NCBI GenBank assembly: GCA_030390025.1
Contig: CM059431.1
Span: 95,730,001 to 95,794,000 of the forward strand
DNA: 64,000 nt
From: Squalus acanthias
Lineage: Eukaryota
Direction of reading: 5' to 3'
The translations under genes and the position numbers were made by a program. Below, in pieces: positions 24,625 to 39,400 of this stretch. Within the stretch, counting starts at the first letter, position 1, and each line of letters begins with the position of its first letter. The notes beneath the pieces are model-generated. The model was given only the letters and a program-made list of their open reading frames with translations, did no database searches and was not told where the DNA came from.

Positions 24625-26020
24625 GTCATAGAATCATAGAAACATACAGCACAGGAGGCCATTCAGCCCATCGTGCCTGTGCTGGCTCTTTGAAAGAACA
24701 GTCGTGCTCAGTCTCATACCCCCCGTAACCCTATAAGTTTCTCATCCTTGAGTACCTGCCCAACTCCCTTTTAAAATTATTTATGGAATCAGATTCCACC
24801 AACTTTTCAGGTCGAGTGTTCTAGATCCCAATAACTCTACCTGAAAATATTTCTCCTCATCTCCCCTCTAGATCGTTTGCCAATGATTTTAAATCTATGA
24901 CCTCTGGTTGTTGACCCACTCGCTGCAGGGACCAGCATTTCTCTATCTAGTCAATCAAAACCCCTCATTATCTTGAAAACCTCGAATAGTTCACCTCTTA
25001 ACATTCTCTGTTCCAAGGAGAACAGTCCTAACTTTTCCAATCTCTCCTCATAACTGGTAACATCCTGGTAAACCTCCTCTGTATCCTTTCTAAGGCCTTT
25101 ACATCTTTCCTGAAGTGTGGGGCCCAGAATTGTCCACAATACTCCAGCTGAGGCGTAACCAGTGATTTATAAAGTTCTAGCACGATCTCTTTGCTTTTAT
25201 ATTCTTTGCCTCTATTTAATTAACCCATATGCTTTTTTAACGACCTTAGCAACTTGCCCTGCTACCTTTAAGGATTTGTGTATATGGACACCAAGGTCTC
25301 TCTGCTAATCAACACTTTTCAAAATCTTGCCATGTATAGTATACTGCCTTTCCATATTAATCCTCGCAAAGTGCGTCACTTCACACTTCTCCGCATTGAA
25401 CTGCATCTGCCATGCTTCTGCACATTTCACCATCCAGTCCATGTCATCCTGAATTTTACAACTCTCATCATCACCATCTACTACGCTGCCAACTTTTGTC
25501 TCATCTGCAAACTTTATAATGCTGCTCCCTACACCTGAGTCTCGGTCGTTTATAAAAATTGAAAAGAGAAATGGACCCAAAACTGACCCTTGGTGAACAC
25601 CACTGCAAACCACCTCCCAGTCTGAAAAACATCCATCACCACCCTCTGCTTCCTGTCACTGAGCTAATTCTGTATCTATACTGCCACTTTCCCCTTAATT
25701 CCATGGGCTTCCATCTTCTTAATAAGTCTCCAGTGTGACACTTTGTTGAATGCCTTCCAAAAGTCCATATATACACAAACAAGATCTACCGCACTACCTT
25801 GATCAACCTTCTCTGTTACCTCAAAGAATTCAATCAAGTTAGTCAGACACGATTTCCCTTTAGGAAATCCATGCTGGCTCTCCTTAATTAACCCATGCCA
25901 TTCCAAATGGAAGTTTATTTTGTCCCTGATAACGGTTTCCAATAACTTCCCCAGCACCGAGTTAGGCTTCCTGGCCTGTAGTTTCCCTTTTATCCCTCTC
26001 CCCTTTCTTGAAGCGTGGAA
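24625..26020 (-). mobile_element. CR1 LINE (RT to 3' end), decayed
   Basis: [25 protein letters not shown], and a tagaatca-type tail near 24630. Confidence 0.88.
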
Positions 26021-26204
26021 TAGTAAGAACATAAGAAATAGGAGCAGGAGTAGGCCATACGGTCCTTCGAACCTGCTCTGCCAGTCAATAAGATCGTGGC
26101 TGATCATCGACCTCAACTACATTTTCCCGCCCGATCTCCATATCCCTTGATTCCCCTAGAGTCCAAAAATCTATATCTCAGCCTTGAATATACTCAAAGA
26201 CTTA

Positions 26205-27100
26205 GGGGTAGAAATTAGGTCGCGCCCCATTTGGGGCGCAAATATCGTCCGGACGCAAATATTAGCGCCTGGCGCTAATTATCGGCACTGACGGGAAACT
26301 TCACTTTTACCGCCCCGGGAGGTGATTGGAGCGCTAAAGCAGGCGCTGCACACCTCTCTTAAGGCGCAAAGGCCGAGCAGTGAGGCGCTAACTCGGAGCG
26401 CTGGCGAAGCTCATGTAATGTCAGTCAGCAATGGAACACACACACAATGGCACGGGCCAGTTCTTAAAGGGGATGGTTAATCTTGCTTTACATCCACATC
26501 CTGTTCATTGCTGCCTTGAATCTCGGCCTGGAGAGACTTGCACATCAAATGTGCTGGAAAGAACAATGGAGAGCACCAGGCAAAGAGCTCAGAGTGCAGC
26601 TCCCACGGTCTCTGCTAAATCGATACAAGGAATGGCAAATCAAAATGAACCTGCAAAGTGCTGCTCAGTACCCAAAACTCCTTCACACAACGTTGAATCT
26701 CTCCAGAAGTCTCTCCCTCTCTCTCTCAGAATGCGTAGTTCAAAAATGCCACCAACAATAAAAGACAGGAAGAGGCCCCCTTTAAATAGCGCCCCCCCCC
26801 CCAGCCCCACAGCGATTGATAGCGTTCCAGTCTTCTGGTCGTTGGAAGCGCCAGGCGGTAAGGCAGGGGGCGCCACTCAATTTCCGCTACGGGGCGCCCC
26901 AAGGGCGTTGCACCATGGAATGACGTCACAATCTGCGCGCGCAGGTGGTCGCAGCGGTAAGTTTTAGCGCCGCCGCACAATCTCAAGTTAAGTTCTCGAG
27001 CGGCGCAAACATCGCTGCGCCCGGGCGTTAGCGGCTTTGCGCCCCATTAGCGCCCTCTTAAGGCGCTAACGGGTGGCGCAACCAAGTGAATTTTTACCCC
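26205..27100 (+). mobile_element. Non-autonomous Harbinger element (H-A family)
   Basis: TIRs GGGGTAGAAATT / AATTTTTACCCC, perfect TTA TSD, inserted in a CR1 3' region. Confidence 0.93.
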
Positions 27101-28282
27101 TTAGTATTCACAACCCTCTGGGGCAGAGAATTCCAAAGATTCACAACCCCCTGAATGAAGAAATTCCTCCTCATCTCAGTCTTAAATGGCCTACCCCTTA
27201 TCCTGAGACTATGCCCCCTAGTTCTAGACACTCCAGCCAGGGGAAACAACCTCTCAGCATCTACCCTGTCAATCCCCTTCAGAATCTTGTACGTTTCAAT
27301 GAGATCACCTCTCATTCTTCTAAACTCCAGAGAGTATAGGCCCATTCTACACAATCTCTCATCATAGAACAGCTCTCTCATCCCAAGAATCAATCTAGTG
27401 AACCTTCGCTGCACCACCTCCAAGGCAAGTATATCCTTCATTAGATAAGGAGACCAAAACTGTGCACAGTACTCCAGGTGTGGTCTCACCAAGGCCCTGT
27501 ACAATTGTAGCAAGACTTCCTTACTCTTATACTCCAACCCCCTTGCAATAAAGGCCAACATGCCATTTGCCTTCCTATTGCTTGCTGTACCTGCAGGCTA
27601 GCTTTCTGTGTTTCTTGCATGAGGACAGCCAAATCTCTCTCAACACCAACATTTGAAAGTTTCTCACCATTTAAAAAATACTCTGTTTTTCTATTCTTCC
27701 TACCAAAGTGAATAACCTCACATTTCCCTACATTATACTCCATCTGCCACCTTATTGCCTACTCATTTAGTCTATCTATATCCCTTTGCAGACTCTTTGT
27801 GTTCTCCTCACAGCTTACTGTCCCACCTAGCTTTGTATCATCAGCAAACATGGATACATTACACTCGGTCCCTTCATCTAGGTCATTAATATAGATTGTA
27901 AATAGCTGAGGCCCCAACACTGATCCTTGCGGCAACCCACTAGTTACAGCCTGCCAACCTGAAAAAGATCCACTTATCCCTACTTTCTGTTTTCTGTCCG
28001 TTAACCAATCCTCTATCCATGCTACTGTATTACCCCCAACCCCATGAGCCCTAATCTTGTGTAATAACCTTTTATGTGGCACCTTATCGAATGCCTTTTG
28101 GAAATCCAAATATACTAGATCCACTGGTTCCCCTTTATCTACCCTGCTAGTTAAATCCTCAAAAAACTCTAATAAATTTGTTAAACACGATTTCCCTTTC
28201 ATAAAACCATGTTGACTCTGCCTAATCAGGTTATGATTTTCGAAGTGACTTGATACCACTTCCTTAATATAGGATTCCAGCA

Positions 28283-28941
28283 GGAAGGCAAATGGAATGT
28301 TGGCCTTTATTGCAAAGGGAATGGAGTATAAAAGTAGGGAAGTCCTGTTACAACTGTACAAGGCGTTGGTGAGACCACACCTGGAGTACTGCGTACAGTT
28401 TTGGTCTCCTTATTTAAGGAAGGATATACTTGCATTGGAGGCAGTTCAGAGAAGGTTCACGATGTTGATTCCAGAGATGAAGGGGTTGTCTTATGAAGAA
28501 AGGTTGAGCAGGTTGGGCCTATACTCATTGGAGTTTAGAAGAATGAGAGGGGATCTTATTGAAACATATAAGATTCTGAAGGGGCTTGACAGGGTAGATG
28601 CAGAGAGGATGTTTCCCCTCGTGGGGGAATCTAGAACTAGGGGGCATAATTTCAGAATAAGGGGAAACCCTTTTAAATCAGAAATGAGGAGGAATTTCTT
28701 CTCTCAGAGTGTCATGAATCTTTGGAATGCTCTTCCCCAGAGAGCTGTGGAGGCTGGGTCATTGAATATATTTAAGGTGGAGATAGACAGATTTTTGAAA
28801 GGTAAGAGAATCAAGGGTTATGGGGAACGGGCAGGGAAGTGGAGTTGAGGCCAAGATCAGATCAGCCATGATCTTATTGAATGGCGGAGCAGGCTCGAGG
28901 GGCCAAATGACCTACTCCTGCTCCTACGTCTTATGTTCTTA
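28283..28941 (+). mobile_element. 5'-truncated CR1 nested antisense in another CR1
   Basis: Open 183-aa C-terminal ORF2 frame (28297-28848), 3' UTR and ttatgttctta tail. Confidence 0.92.
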
Positions 28942-29699
28942 TTTTCCCGACGACTGATGTCAGTCTAACTGGCCGTAGTTTCCTGTTTTTTTTCCCCCTC
29001 CTTTCTTGAATAGCGGTGTTACATTTGCGACCTTCCAATCTGCTGGGACCATTCCAGAATCTAGGGAATTTTGGAAGATCAAAACCAATGCATCCACTAT
29101 CTCTTCAGCCACCTCTGTTAGAACCCTAGGATGTAGGCCATCAGGTCCAGGGGATTTGTCGGCTTTTAGTCCCATTAGTTTTTCTAGTACTTTTTCTCTA
29201 TTTATATTAATTACGTTAAGTTCCTCACCCGCATTAGACCCTTGGTTCCCCACCATTTTTGGTATGCTTTTTGTGTCTTCTACTGTGAAGACAGATACAA
29301 AATATTTGTTTAACATTTCTGCCATTTCCTTATTCCCCATAATAATTTCTCCTCTCTCAGCCTCTAAGGGAGCAACGTTTACTTTTGCTACTCTTTTCCT
29401 TTTTACATACTTGTCGATACTCTTACAATCTGCTTTTATATTTCTTGCTAGTTTTCTCTCATATTCTATTTTTTCCCTTTTTATCAATTTTTTGGTCAAC
29501 CTTTGCTGGTTTCTGAAACTCTTCCAATCCAAAAATATTAGCAACCCTTCAGTCCTCCGGCACTACTCCTGTATCCAATGAGGATTGAATGATTGTGACC
29601 AATGCTATTTCTACCGTTGCTTCTTTCAGTAATGCTAATCTTTTTAGTACGTCTTCTCAATCTATTACTATCCTATCCACAATTGCCCTCTCCTCTTTT

Positions 29700-30090
29700 G
29701 GGCTGATCGATCATGGGCAGAAACCCACGGAAAAAAGCTGAACAAGAAAGGTAAGTTTTTTTTTTTACATACCTCAGCCACCTCGCCTTTAATCATCGCC
29801 CCCGAAGCGGCCAGCTGATCGATGCACACCTCCTGCAGCTGTTGGTGTTTTCGCCCGGTGCTGTTGCAGGGGGCAGAAGTCAATTTCGGGTCCAGGGCGC
29901 TACCGGGGCAATGCGCACGGCGATGGTGTCACGATCTCCGAGCAAAGGAGATCGGGGTGCAATGCCGTAGCGCCACCACAAAACTCCCGCCGAATATGGC
30001 AGAAGTCGATGTCAGCGCCGCGCCCGTCGCAAAGTCATTTGCACCCCGAGGGCGCTAACGGGAGGTGCTAAGGCAACCAATTTCGCCCCC
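29700..30090. mobile_element. Harbinger-type non-autonomous fragment
   Basis: Ends ggcgctaacgggaggtgctaagg...aatttcgccccc, resembling the H-B/H-A right end. CpG-rich. Confidence 0.65.
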
Positions 30091-30775
30091 TATATGTTTA
30101 TAAAATGATTTAGGGTTCAATTTAATGTTGCATGCTAATCTTTTCTCGCAACTTCTCTTTGCCTCCCTTATTAACTTTTTCAATTCTCTCCTGTACTTTC
30201 TATAATCTTCCTGGTTAGTAACTGAATTTTGCTCATGACATTTGTCATAAGCTTCCTTTTTCTGTTTTATTTTAACTTTTATTTCCTTTGTCATCCAGGG
30301 CGCATTAGCTTTGGATGCTCTACCTTTTCCCTTCAAAAGGAATATGCCTAGTTTGTACCTGAACTATCTCTTCCCTGAATGCCTTCCATTGCTCCATTAC
30401 TGCTTTACCTTGCAATCGTCTTTTCCAATCTACCTGTGCGAGGTCTGTGTGCATTTTTACGTTTGATAATTTCTCGTCTCTTTCCATAATTACTCTAAAC
30501 CGAATTATGTTGTGGTCACTTTTAGCTCGATGATCTCCGACTATAACACCCTCCACTTGCCCTACTTCATTTCCCGGAATCAAATCAGACACTGCTTCCT
30601 TCCTTGTTGGACTGGAGACATATTGATCAAGAAAGTTCTTCTGCACACATATCAGAAATTCCTACCCTGAGCAGTATGTTTGCCCAGTCTATATTAGGGT
30701 AATTAAAGTCTTCTAATATTTTTGTTACATGCCTTTGAAATTTGCCAACAAATTTGCTGATCTATTGTAAAAGTC
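30091..30775 (-). mobile_element. Old CR1 fragment (endonuclease to linker region)
   Basis: QYVSSPTRKEAVSDL...SDHNIIRF; APWMTKEIK. Confidence 0.8.
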
Positions 30776-30859
30776 AGATAACCAGTTGGTGAAGGATAGA
30801 ATACTGGAGCCTAGTCTTTAGTTGCTTACACCTTTCATATGTTGATTTCAGTGATTGAA

Positions 30860-33800
30860 AAGGAATCAAGTGCCCCCTTTTAAAGGGACACAACCAATAA
30901 ACCGTAAATTAAACCAAATTTAAATGAAACTTAACAAATCTAATCAGAATTTTGTTTCGGGGGTGATGAAGCACTCCAGTTCCTCTGGTGCCCACCTCTT
31001 GCAGAAGGCCTCAAGCGTACCAGTGGACACCACATGCTCCATCTCCAGGGTCACCTGGGCGCAAACATAGCCGCGGAAGAGAGGTAGGCAGTCGGGCCAA
31101 ACGGCCTCTCGACCACCTGGACCTGTTAATGGCCATCTTGGCCAGACACAGGAGCAGTCTCATGAGGAGGTCCTCCGATCTACCAGCTCCCCTATGCACT
31201 GGGTGCCCAAGGATCAGGAGAGTGGAACTGAAGTGCAACCAAAAATTGAGGAGCAGCCCCTTCAAAAATTGGAAGAGGGGCTGCAAACTCTCACACTCTG
31301 TTTACATGGAACACAGATTCCTCCAGGCTGCAGAAATTGCAGGCAGCCTGGGAGTCCGTGAAACTACTTAAAAATGTGTTGCACGGGACCATTCCATGCA
31401 ACATGTCCCATGCCAAGTCCCCAATAGAAAAGGGGAGGACTCTCGAGTAGAGAGCACCCTACTGGGGACCCCCGCCTCCTCCGGATGGCAAGATGGCACG
31501 TGTCCGGACAGCAGACGAGGAAGACAAAGTGGAGAGAGTGCAAGAGCAGCCCATATAGCAAACCCCTCCATGCAGAGTGGAAAGGCATGGAAGGGATCTC
31601 CGAGAGACGGCTCAAGCTGTGAGGCGCCGGATCCCAAGGGAGGTTTCGGGGCCTGGTGCCAATGAGAAATTCTGTCCGAACGGGGGTCGGTTCGGATGGG
31701 ATTGCTCCATACAGTTGAGCCTCCTGGACACACCTAGTAGAGTCAGGGCTGAGCGTCTCTTTTAGCGTCTTGATGGCTTTGGCCGCGAATTGGATGCCGT
31801 GCCAGGACATGCACTGTTCCATTTCCTCTGGCGACATCCAGCCCACTCCTTCGCCATCCAGTATGTCCCTGACACTGGTCACCTTGCCAGCCAGGCCCTC
31901 CCCTCCATCAGTCACCTGAAACTGAGGTCATGGAGGTGCGAATTCCTGAGCAGCGGTTCCCGGAGGATAGCCGCCACTCCTGACTGGGGAGAACTCTGGC
32001 TGGCAGCGACCATGTTCCAGATCCTGATCAGTTCCTGGAAAAAGGCAGGCAGCTCCTGCAAGGAGGCACGTCTACAATCCAGTTTTATAAACAGGAGCTG
32101 TGTGTCGTATTTGAGGCCGTGCAGCTGGCGAAAGAAATACATTGCCAGCACACACCATCTGGGAGGATCCTCAACGTACAGGTATCGCTGCAGGGTCGCA
32201 GCCTGGGTACGCACGCATACCAGCGCCTGACCGTCCTCCTTAACCGGGAGACTTAGAACCGTGGCAGAGACTCAATGCTTCCTTTTGTCCCAGAAGAAGT
32301 CAACAAGCTTCTTCTGTATCTTCGCGACAAACTCAGGGGAAGGGATCCAAGTGACCAACTGGTACCACAGCATAGCAGCCACCAGTTGATTTATGACCAG
32401 CGCTCGCCCCCTGTAGGACAGCACTCGGAGCAATTCTGTCCAGTGCCCTAGACGAGCGGTGACTTTGGCCTCCAGCTCTTGTCAGTTCGCCGACTAGGCT
32501 TTAAGGTAGACTCCCAGATAGAGGAGATGAGTGATACTCTCGGCAAAAGGCCTGAGCTGCTCCTGTAGGGAGTCCACCCACCACTGATCAACGAAGAGTC
32601 CAGAACATTTATCCAAGTTGATCCTGCTGGCACTCGCGTATCCTCCGCAAGTCAATGGGATCCGTGACCATGAGGACCACGTCATCGGCATAAGCTGAGA
32701 GGTGAGCTCCACTCCCGGCCCTTGCAGAGCCAGTCTCGTCAACCTCTTCCGCAAGAGGCGCAGGAAAGGCTCCATGCAGATGGCATATAACTGACATGCG
32801 GCATCCTTGATGCACCCCTCTCACAATACGAAGGGGTGCCATCAAAGACCCGTTAACCTTAATCAGACACTCCACGGTGGCGTTCAGAGATCGGATCCAG
32901 GCGACAAAATGCGTCCCGAACCCGAATGTACGCAGAGCCCCTAAGAGGTACTCATGATCTACCCTGTCGAATGCCTTCTCTTGATCCAGGGAAAGGAAGG
33001 CACCCGACAGACCAGCCCTCTGGGAATGGTGGACCAGGTCCCGGACCAGATGGTTGTTGTCGTGGATGGTCCAGCCCGGGACCATGTAGGACTGGTCGGG
33101 CTGGATCATGTGGCCCTGGCAAAGATCTTGTAGTCCGTGCCGAGGAGGGAGACCGTGCGGCAGTTCTTAAGTAGGCGGAGATCGCCCCTCTTGGGCAGCA
33201 GAACAATGACTGCCTTGTGCCAAGAGAGGGGCATCTCCCTGGTCGCCAGACTTTCCCCCAGGACCTGTCAGAACGTCCTGTGGAACTCCTCAGTCAGCCC
33301 GTCAAGCCCCAGGGACTTGCCCTTCAAGAGTTGACCGAGGGCACCAGTCAGCTCCGCCAGGCTTAGCGGAGCATCAAGCTGTTCGGTGCACTCCAGCTGA
33401 TTTTCAGCAGGTCCTCCTACAAAACTCTGCGAGCATCCTCGCTGGATGGATCTGGAGAGAACAGAGCCCCGTAATAGGCATGGGCCTCGGCATTGATGCC
33501 CTCCGGATCCAAGACCAGGGATCCGTCGTCAGCCAGCAGCCCCAAGAGCTGCTTACGGACCCCCTGCCTTTTTTCCAGTGAGTAGAAGGGAGAGCCGCGG
33601 TCCAGGTCCTGGGGGAACTGAATCCGTGAACTCACATTCGTGCCTCGGGACCAGATGAGCTGCAGGCCCTTCAGCGCGCCCTTCTTCTCTTCATACATGC
33701 ATTTAGTGTTACTGGCATGGGGACAGGGGTGGGAGTGGGGGGGGTGGCAGGGGGGGTGGCAATGGGGAATGGCAGTGGCGGTGCCAGCCTTTGGCCGCCT

Positions 33801-34900
33801 TAGTTGTTTTGGCAGCCTTGGAGGCGGGGCCATTTTTACGTACATGCCCCATCTCCTTGCAAGCGTGGCACCGCACACCGTCCAGAAGATGCGGTAGGGA
33901 GTCCCCTGTTCAACTATGAATCCATCCTCCGTGCCCTTCTCCCTCGCCAGTTGAATGTAAAGCTGGTGCCGCAAGGAGAAGACATGACAGAGGCTGGCCT
34001 CACTGAAGCAGAGCGGGATTGGTGCTATTCCCGACCTCACCTGCTCTCAGTTGACGTAGGTAGGGGAGAAGGAGCTCACTGGGGATAAAGGACGGGACAT
34101 TTGATAAATTTAATTTGCTGCTCGGTGGCCTCGAGAGGAACCACCGACAGGAAGGTCCTGCCCACCGTGAGCCCCTTATTAAGGGCCAGGAACACCGCCC
34201 ACTCAGACCTCAGGAAGAACACAGTCTTCCTGTACATTTTCAAGGTGGCAACGATGGCTGAAGGGCCAACCCCAGCCATGGCTTTGACACACACCTCGAT
34301 GGTCATGTTGGGGTGAGTGTAGCTCTTCACCCCATGTGTTTTGGTGATAAGGGTGAAGGGTGACAGAGCAGCAGGAGTGGCTGGAGCTGCCATGCCCGTG
34401 TATGTCCTTGTTTGTCCAGTCACCAGCGAAGATGGGAGTCGCCACTGCTGTTAATTAAAGGCTACACTTACACCAAGTTTTCGGCCTGAGATTAATATGG
34501 CCTTTCTTTCTAACAGAGGGATTTTTAGAAAAAAAAGGAAAAACCCACCTCCCACTGTGATATCAGGATGGGAGAGCTGCCTTCTCCCGTCTGCTTAGAA
34601 AAGGTAAAGAAAATAATAATAATAATAAAAAAGGGAGAGGTTGACTCTCAAGAGTGAGAGAGGGAGAGAGAGAGAAGGAAGGAAGTAACGAAGGTGAGGC
34701 AACCACTCAAAATGGGGCTCGATGGGTGGGTGGGTTGAAATTTCTAACTAGAAGTTAAATACAAGTCTTTAGGATCTTCCTGGTAGGGGGAGGAGATGTC
34801 GTCACCTGGGACAGCTGGAAATGCCCAGGCACAGTCCTCCACCAAGTCTTGTTAATGGGAATAGAAAGAAAAACTTCACCCAGGGAGCTCCAGCTGTCCC
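30860..34900 (-). mobile_element. L1-group Tx1-like retrotransposon, decayed and internally deleted
   Basis: ORF1 remnant (HGVKSYTHPNMTIEVCVKAM, ~34450-33800). RT motifs PDQSYMVPG, LSLDQEKAFDRVDH, SAYADDV. C-terminal region and AT-rich 3' UTR. Confidence 0.85.
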
Positions 34901-35629
34901 AGGCCAGGCCTGGTCCCTGTAATTTTGAGGATATTTCTAATTTTACTGCTGTTTATATCTTCTGATCTCATTGCTTCTCCTTTCTGCTATTTACTGGTTC
35001 CCCTCCCCGTGGCAAACTTGTTTAAACCATCCGCAACAGTACGAGTTAACCTCTCAGTAAGAACATTGGTCCCGGCTCTGTTCAGGTGCAACCCATCCAT
35101 CTTTTACAGACACATGAAGTGTCCTGACGTTCCCACATAGAACAGGATGCTCATGCAATGGGACCCCCAAAGGCCTGCCAGGGTAGTCAATCCGCTGATC
35201 TCTAAATCACTGAGACCCTGACAACTAAAACACTTGACGCTGAACTCTAAACATCTAAAACACTGACATCTAAGGCACTGACCGATAAAACTCTAAGATA
35301 CTAACCTCGAAGAATCTCTTACGGCTCTCACTGACTCTCTGCCACCGGTTCTCTTGCTTTTATCTGTGGGCCTCTCACACTGTTTTCCCTCAGGCTCACT
35401 CTCTCCACTCTCACTGACTGAGAGTCAGATGTCAATACAATAAAAGTAACTGCTTTTATAGTTATCATGTCCTGTTTGCACCTTACACAAAGCAAGAAGA
35501 AGCCATTGGTTGACCAAGTGTATTGCCTCTTGCTTGAAGCAGGTACGAGTCCAGTCATGTACACTACATCAGCAAATCATACTGATGGTAAGCAGGAAGC
35601 ACAGGATGAGGCACCGAGCACAGCATTAG

Positions 35630-38353
35630 TTTCCACATGTACGCTGACGACATCCAGCTCTACCTCACTACCACATCTCTCAACCCCTCCACGGTCTCTA
35701 AATTGTCAGACTGCTTGTCCGACATCCAGTTCTGGATGAGCAGAAATTTTCTCCAATTAAATACTGGGAAGACCAAAGCCATTGTTTTCGGTCCCCGCCA
35801 CAAACTCCGTTCCCGAGCCACTGACTCCATCCCTCTCCCTAACATTTGTCTCAGGCTGAACCACACTGTTCGTAACCTTGGTGTCATATTTGACCCTGAA
35901 ATGAGTTTCCAACCACATATCCGCAGCATAAGAACATAAGAACATAAGAAATAGGAGCAGGAGTAGGCCATTTGGCCCTTTGAGCCTGCTCCGCCATTCA
36001 ATGAGAACATGGCTGATCTTCTGCCTCAACTCCATTCACCGGCCCTATTGCCATATCCCTTGATGCCTTTACTAGTCAGAAATCTATCGACTTCTGTTTT
36101 GAATATACCCAATGAATAAGTCTCCACAGCCCTCTGGGGTAGAGAATTCCAAAGATTCACCACCCTCTGTGTGAAGAAATTTCTTCTCATCTCAGTCCTG
36201 AATGGCCTACCCTTTATCCTGAGGCTGTGGCCCCTGGTTCTAGACTCCCCAGCCAAGGGAAACATTCTCCCAGCATCCACCCTATCAAGCCCTTTAATAA
36301 TTTTGTATGCTTCAATGAGATCCCCTCTCATTCTTCTGAATTCAGGAGAATACAGGCCTAGTTTACTCAATCTCTTCTCATATGACAGTCCCGCCATCCC
36401 AGGAATCAATCTCGTGAACCTTTGTTGCACTCCCTCTATGGCAAGTATATCCTTCCTTAGGAAAGGAGACCAAAATTGTACACAGTACTCCAGGTGTGGT
36501 CTCACCAAGGCCCTATATAATTGGAGTAAGACGTCTTTACTTGTAATGAAGGCCAGCATACCATTTGCCTTCCTAATGGCTTGCTGCACCTGCACATTCA
36601 CTTTCAGTGGCTTGTGTACAAGGACACCCAGGTCCCTTTGAGCATCTGCATTCCCCAATCTTTCACCATTTCGGAAATACTCTGCCTTCCTGTTTTTTCT
36701 ACCAAAGTGGATAACTTCAAATTTATCCACATTATATTCCATCTGCCATGTTCTCGCCCACTCACTGAGCCTGTCGAGATCCCCTTGAAGCCTCTTCACA
36801 TCCTCTTCGCAATTGACACTGTCACCTAGCTTTGTATCATCAGCAAATTTGGAAATGTTACATTTAGTCCCCTCATCCAAATCATTGATATAGATTGTGA
36901 ATAGCTGGCGCCCAAGCAACAATCCTTGCGGTACCCCACTAGTCACAGCCTGAAAAAGACCCGTTTATCCCTACTCTTTTTTTTCCGTCTGTTAACCAAT
37001 TCTCAATCCATGCTAGTATATTACCCCCAATTCCATGTGCCCTAACTTTGTTCACCAACCTCTTGTGTGGGACCTTATCGAAGGCCTTCTGAAAATCCAG
37101 ATACACCACATATTTGTCTACTCCACTAGTTACATCCTCAAAGAACTCCAATAGGTTTGTCAAACAGGATTTCCCTTTCATAAATCAATGTTGACTCTGC
37201 CCAATCTTACTATTAGTTTCTAAGTGCCAAGTTATTGCATCCTTTATAATAGATTCCAGCATTTTTCCAACTACTGACGTGAGGCTAACAGGTCTGTAGT
37301 TCCCCGTCTTCTCTCTCTCCTTTCTTAAATAGCGGGGTTGCATTTGCTATTCACCAGTCTGCAGGAACCGTTCCAGAATCTATAGAATTTTGGAAGATGA
37401 CAACCAATGCGTCCACTATCCCAATGGCCACCTCTTTCAAAACCCTAGGATGTAGGTCATCCAGTCCTTGGGATTTATCGACTTTTAGTCCCATTAATTT
37501 TGCTAGTACTGTTTTTTTATTAATAATAATTTCTTAAAGTTCCTCATTCTCACCACACCCTTGGTTTTCTCGTATTTCTGGGAGGATTTTTGTGTCTTCC
37601 TCCGTGAAGACAGAAACAAAGTATATATTTAATTTCTCCTTCATTTCCTCATTCCCCATTATAAATTCTACCACCAACAGATAACTAAGATCGCCTATTT
37701 CCACCTCCGTAACATCGCCCGTCTCCACCCTTGGTTCAGCTCATCCACTGCTGAAACCCTCATCCATGCCTTTGTTACCTCTAGACTTGATTATTCCAAT
37801 GCACTCCTGGCTGTCCTCCCACATTCTACCCTATGTAAACTTGAGGGGATCCAAAACTCGGCTGCCCGTGTCCGAACTCGGACCAAGTCCCATCACCCCT
37901 GTGCTCACTGACCTACATTGGCTCCCGGTTAAGCAACGCCTAGATTTCAAAGTTCTCATCCTTGTTTTCAAATCCGTACATGTCCTCACCCCTCCCTATC
38001 TCTGCAATCGCCTTCAGCCCCACAACCCCCTGAGATATCTGCGTTCCTCTAATTCTGCCCTCTTGAGCATCCCTGATTATAATCACTCAACCATTGATGG
38101 CCATGCCTTCTGTTGCCTAGGCCCTAAGCTCTGGAATTCCCTGCCTCAAACTCTCCACCTCGCTACCTCTCTTTCCTCCTTTAAGACGCTCCTTGAAACC
38201 TACCTCTTTGACCAAGCTTTTGGTCACCTGCCCTAATTTCTCCTTATGTGGTGCGGAGTCAATTTCTTTTGTCTTTTAATACTCCTGTGAAGCGTTTTGG
38301 GACGTTTTACTACGTTAAAGGTGCTATATAAATACAAGTTGTTGTTGTTGTTG
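35630..38353 (+). mobile_element. L2 LINE 3' part, split by a CR1
   Basis: HMYADDIQLY...WMSRNFLQLN; ITPVLTDLHWLPVKQRLDFK; (GTT)n tail at ~38338-38352. Confidence 0.92.
35930..37675 (-). mobile_element. CR1 LINE nested in L2
   Basis: 306-aa ORF 36026-36946 (KFADDTK...RMRGDLIE) and (aagaacat)n tail. Confidence 0.92.
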
Positions 38354-39089
38354 ATGAAGGGGTAAGTAGTAGTGGGGGTTGATGAGGGGCCAGTTGGTAC
38401 ATGTCAGAGGATCAGACTACTGAGTTCTTCTCCAAAGTTGCACAGCGATACAGATCTTACTAAGTCTGCTTTCCAACAAATACAGGGTCTGTGTATTGCA
38501 GTACTTACTTCTATAGGTGGCATGCTATGGTTGGACCAGTCTTGTCTGCACTGCTATCTGCCATTGAGCAGGTGAGAAGCCGAGTGGCATCTGCAGTGCA
38601 TAGACCCTGTAGGAGCATCTAATGAAAAGGACCCCTGCTACCAAGACAGTTTCAATGGTTACCCGCAACCATGACGGAGGGATTCCAAGACATCCTAGAT
38701 CTCCACATTCTATCAGATCAAAAGGCATGAACAGGACATGTGCTGTAGCAGTTCCATGTGTGCAGTAACTCAGGAGCAGTTAGTTGGCACTCACATAACC
38801 TCAGCATGTGCCAGTATCTGCCTCTCAAAGTAATGATCCCATAGCAACGCCACAAGGAGATCCCTGCCACTGATGCAGTGCATCAGTATTCATCACAGAT
38901 ACAAGAAACAGGCCTTATGTATCCCACACAGCTCACCTGTTGGCTATGGAGCACACACCAGTACTGCTACCTTAGCTGGTGGAGCACTTAGTAGAGGGGC
39001 TGATCCATAAGGAATATGGAAAAGTTCAAGACAGAGCAAAGAGAAGATCTGGCAGCAAAATGCATAAAATATGTACATCAGAAGCATGA

Positions 39090-39400
39090 TCAAATTTATT
39101 CATTTTTAGCATCAGATGTCCAAAATCCAAAGTGGCTGGTACGGTACCTAAGACGTCCCTGTTTGTGCCTGGTGCATAAAAGTTGAGGGTAGTGGTGTTC
39201 ATTGACACAATTAGTGCACGACAGGTGATTGCCCAGATGCACACCTCATTTATGCTCTCATGGTCAACCTAAGTCTCTTAGGTCTAGTTGACTCTATGCA
39301 CTACACCTGCTGCCTGGTCATGCAGGTCCTATGCCTTCTGTACTCTTAGAGTGCCCTTTTTTCCTCCTCCTCCTTCTCTGACTCCACTGCAATTTGTCTG
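39090..39400 (-). pseudogene. Ancient Harbinger transposase remnant
   Basis: TTTLNFYAPG resembles the TVALNFFASG motif of the other copies. Very decayed. Confidence 0.4.

Larger units (their letters stand above)
26023..29530 (-). mobile_element. CR1 LINE hosting two nested insertions (26205-27100 and 28283-28941)
   Basis: Collinear ORF2 pieces ([41 protein letters not shown]) and aagaacat tail. Sequence resumes exactly after each insert. Confidence 0.92.
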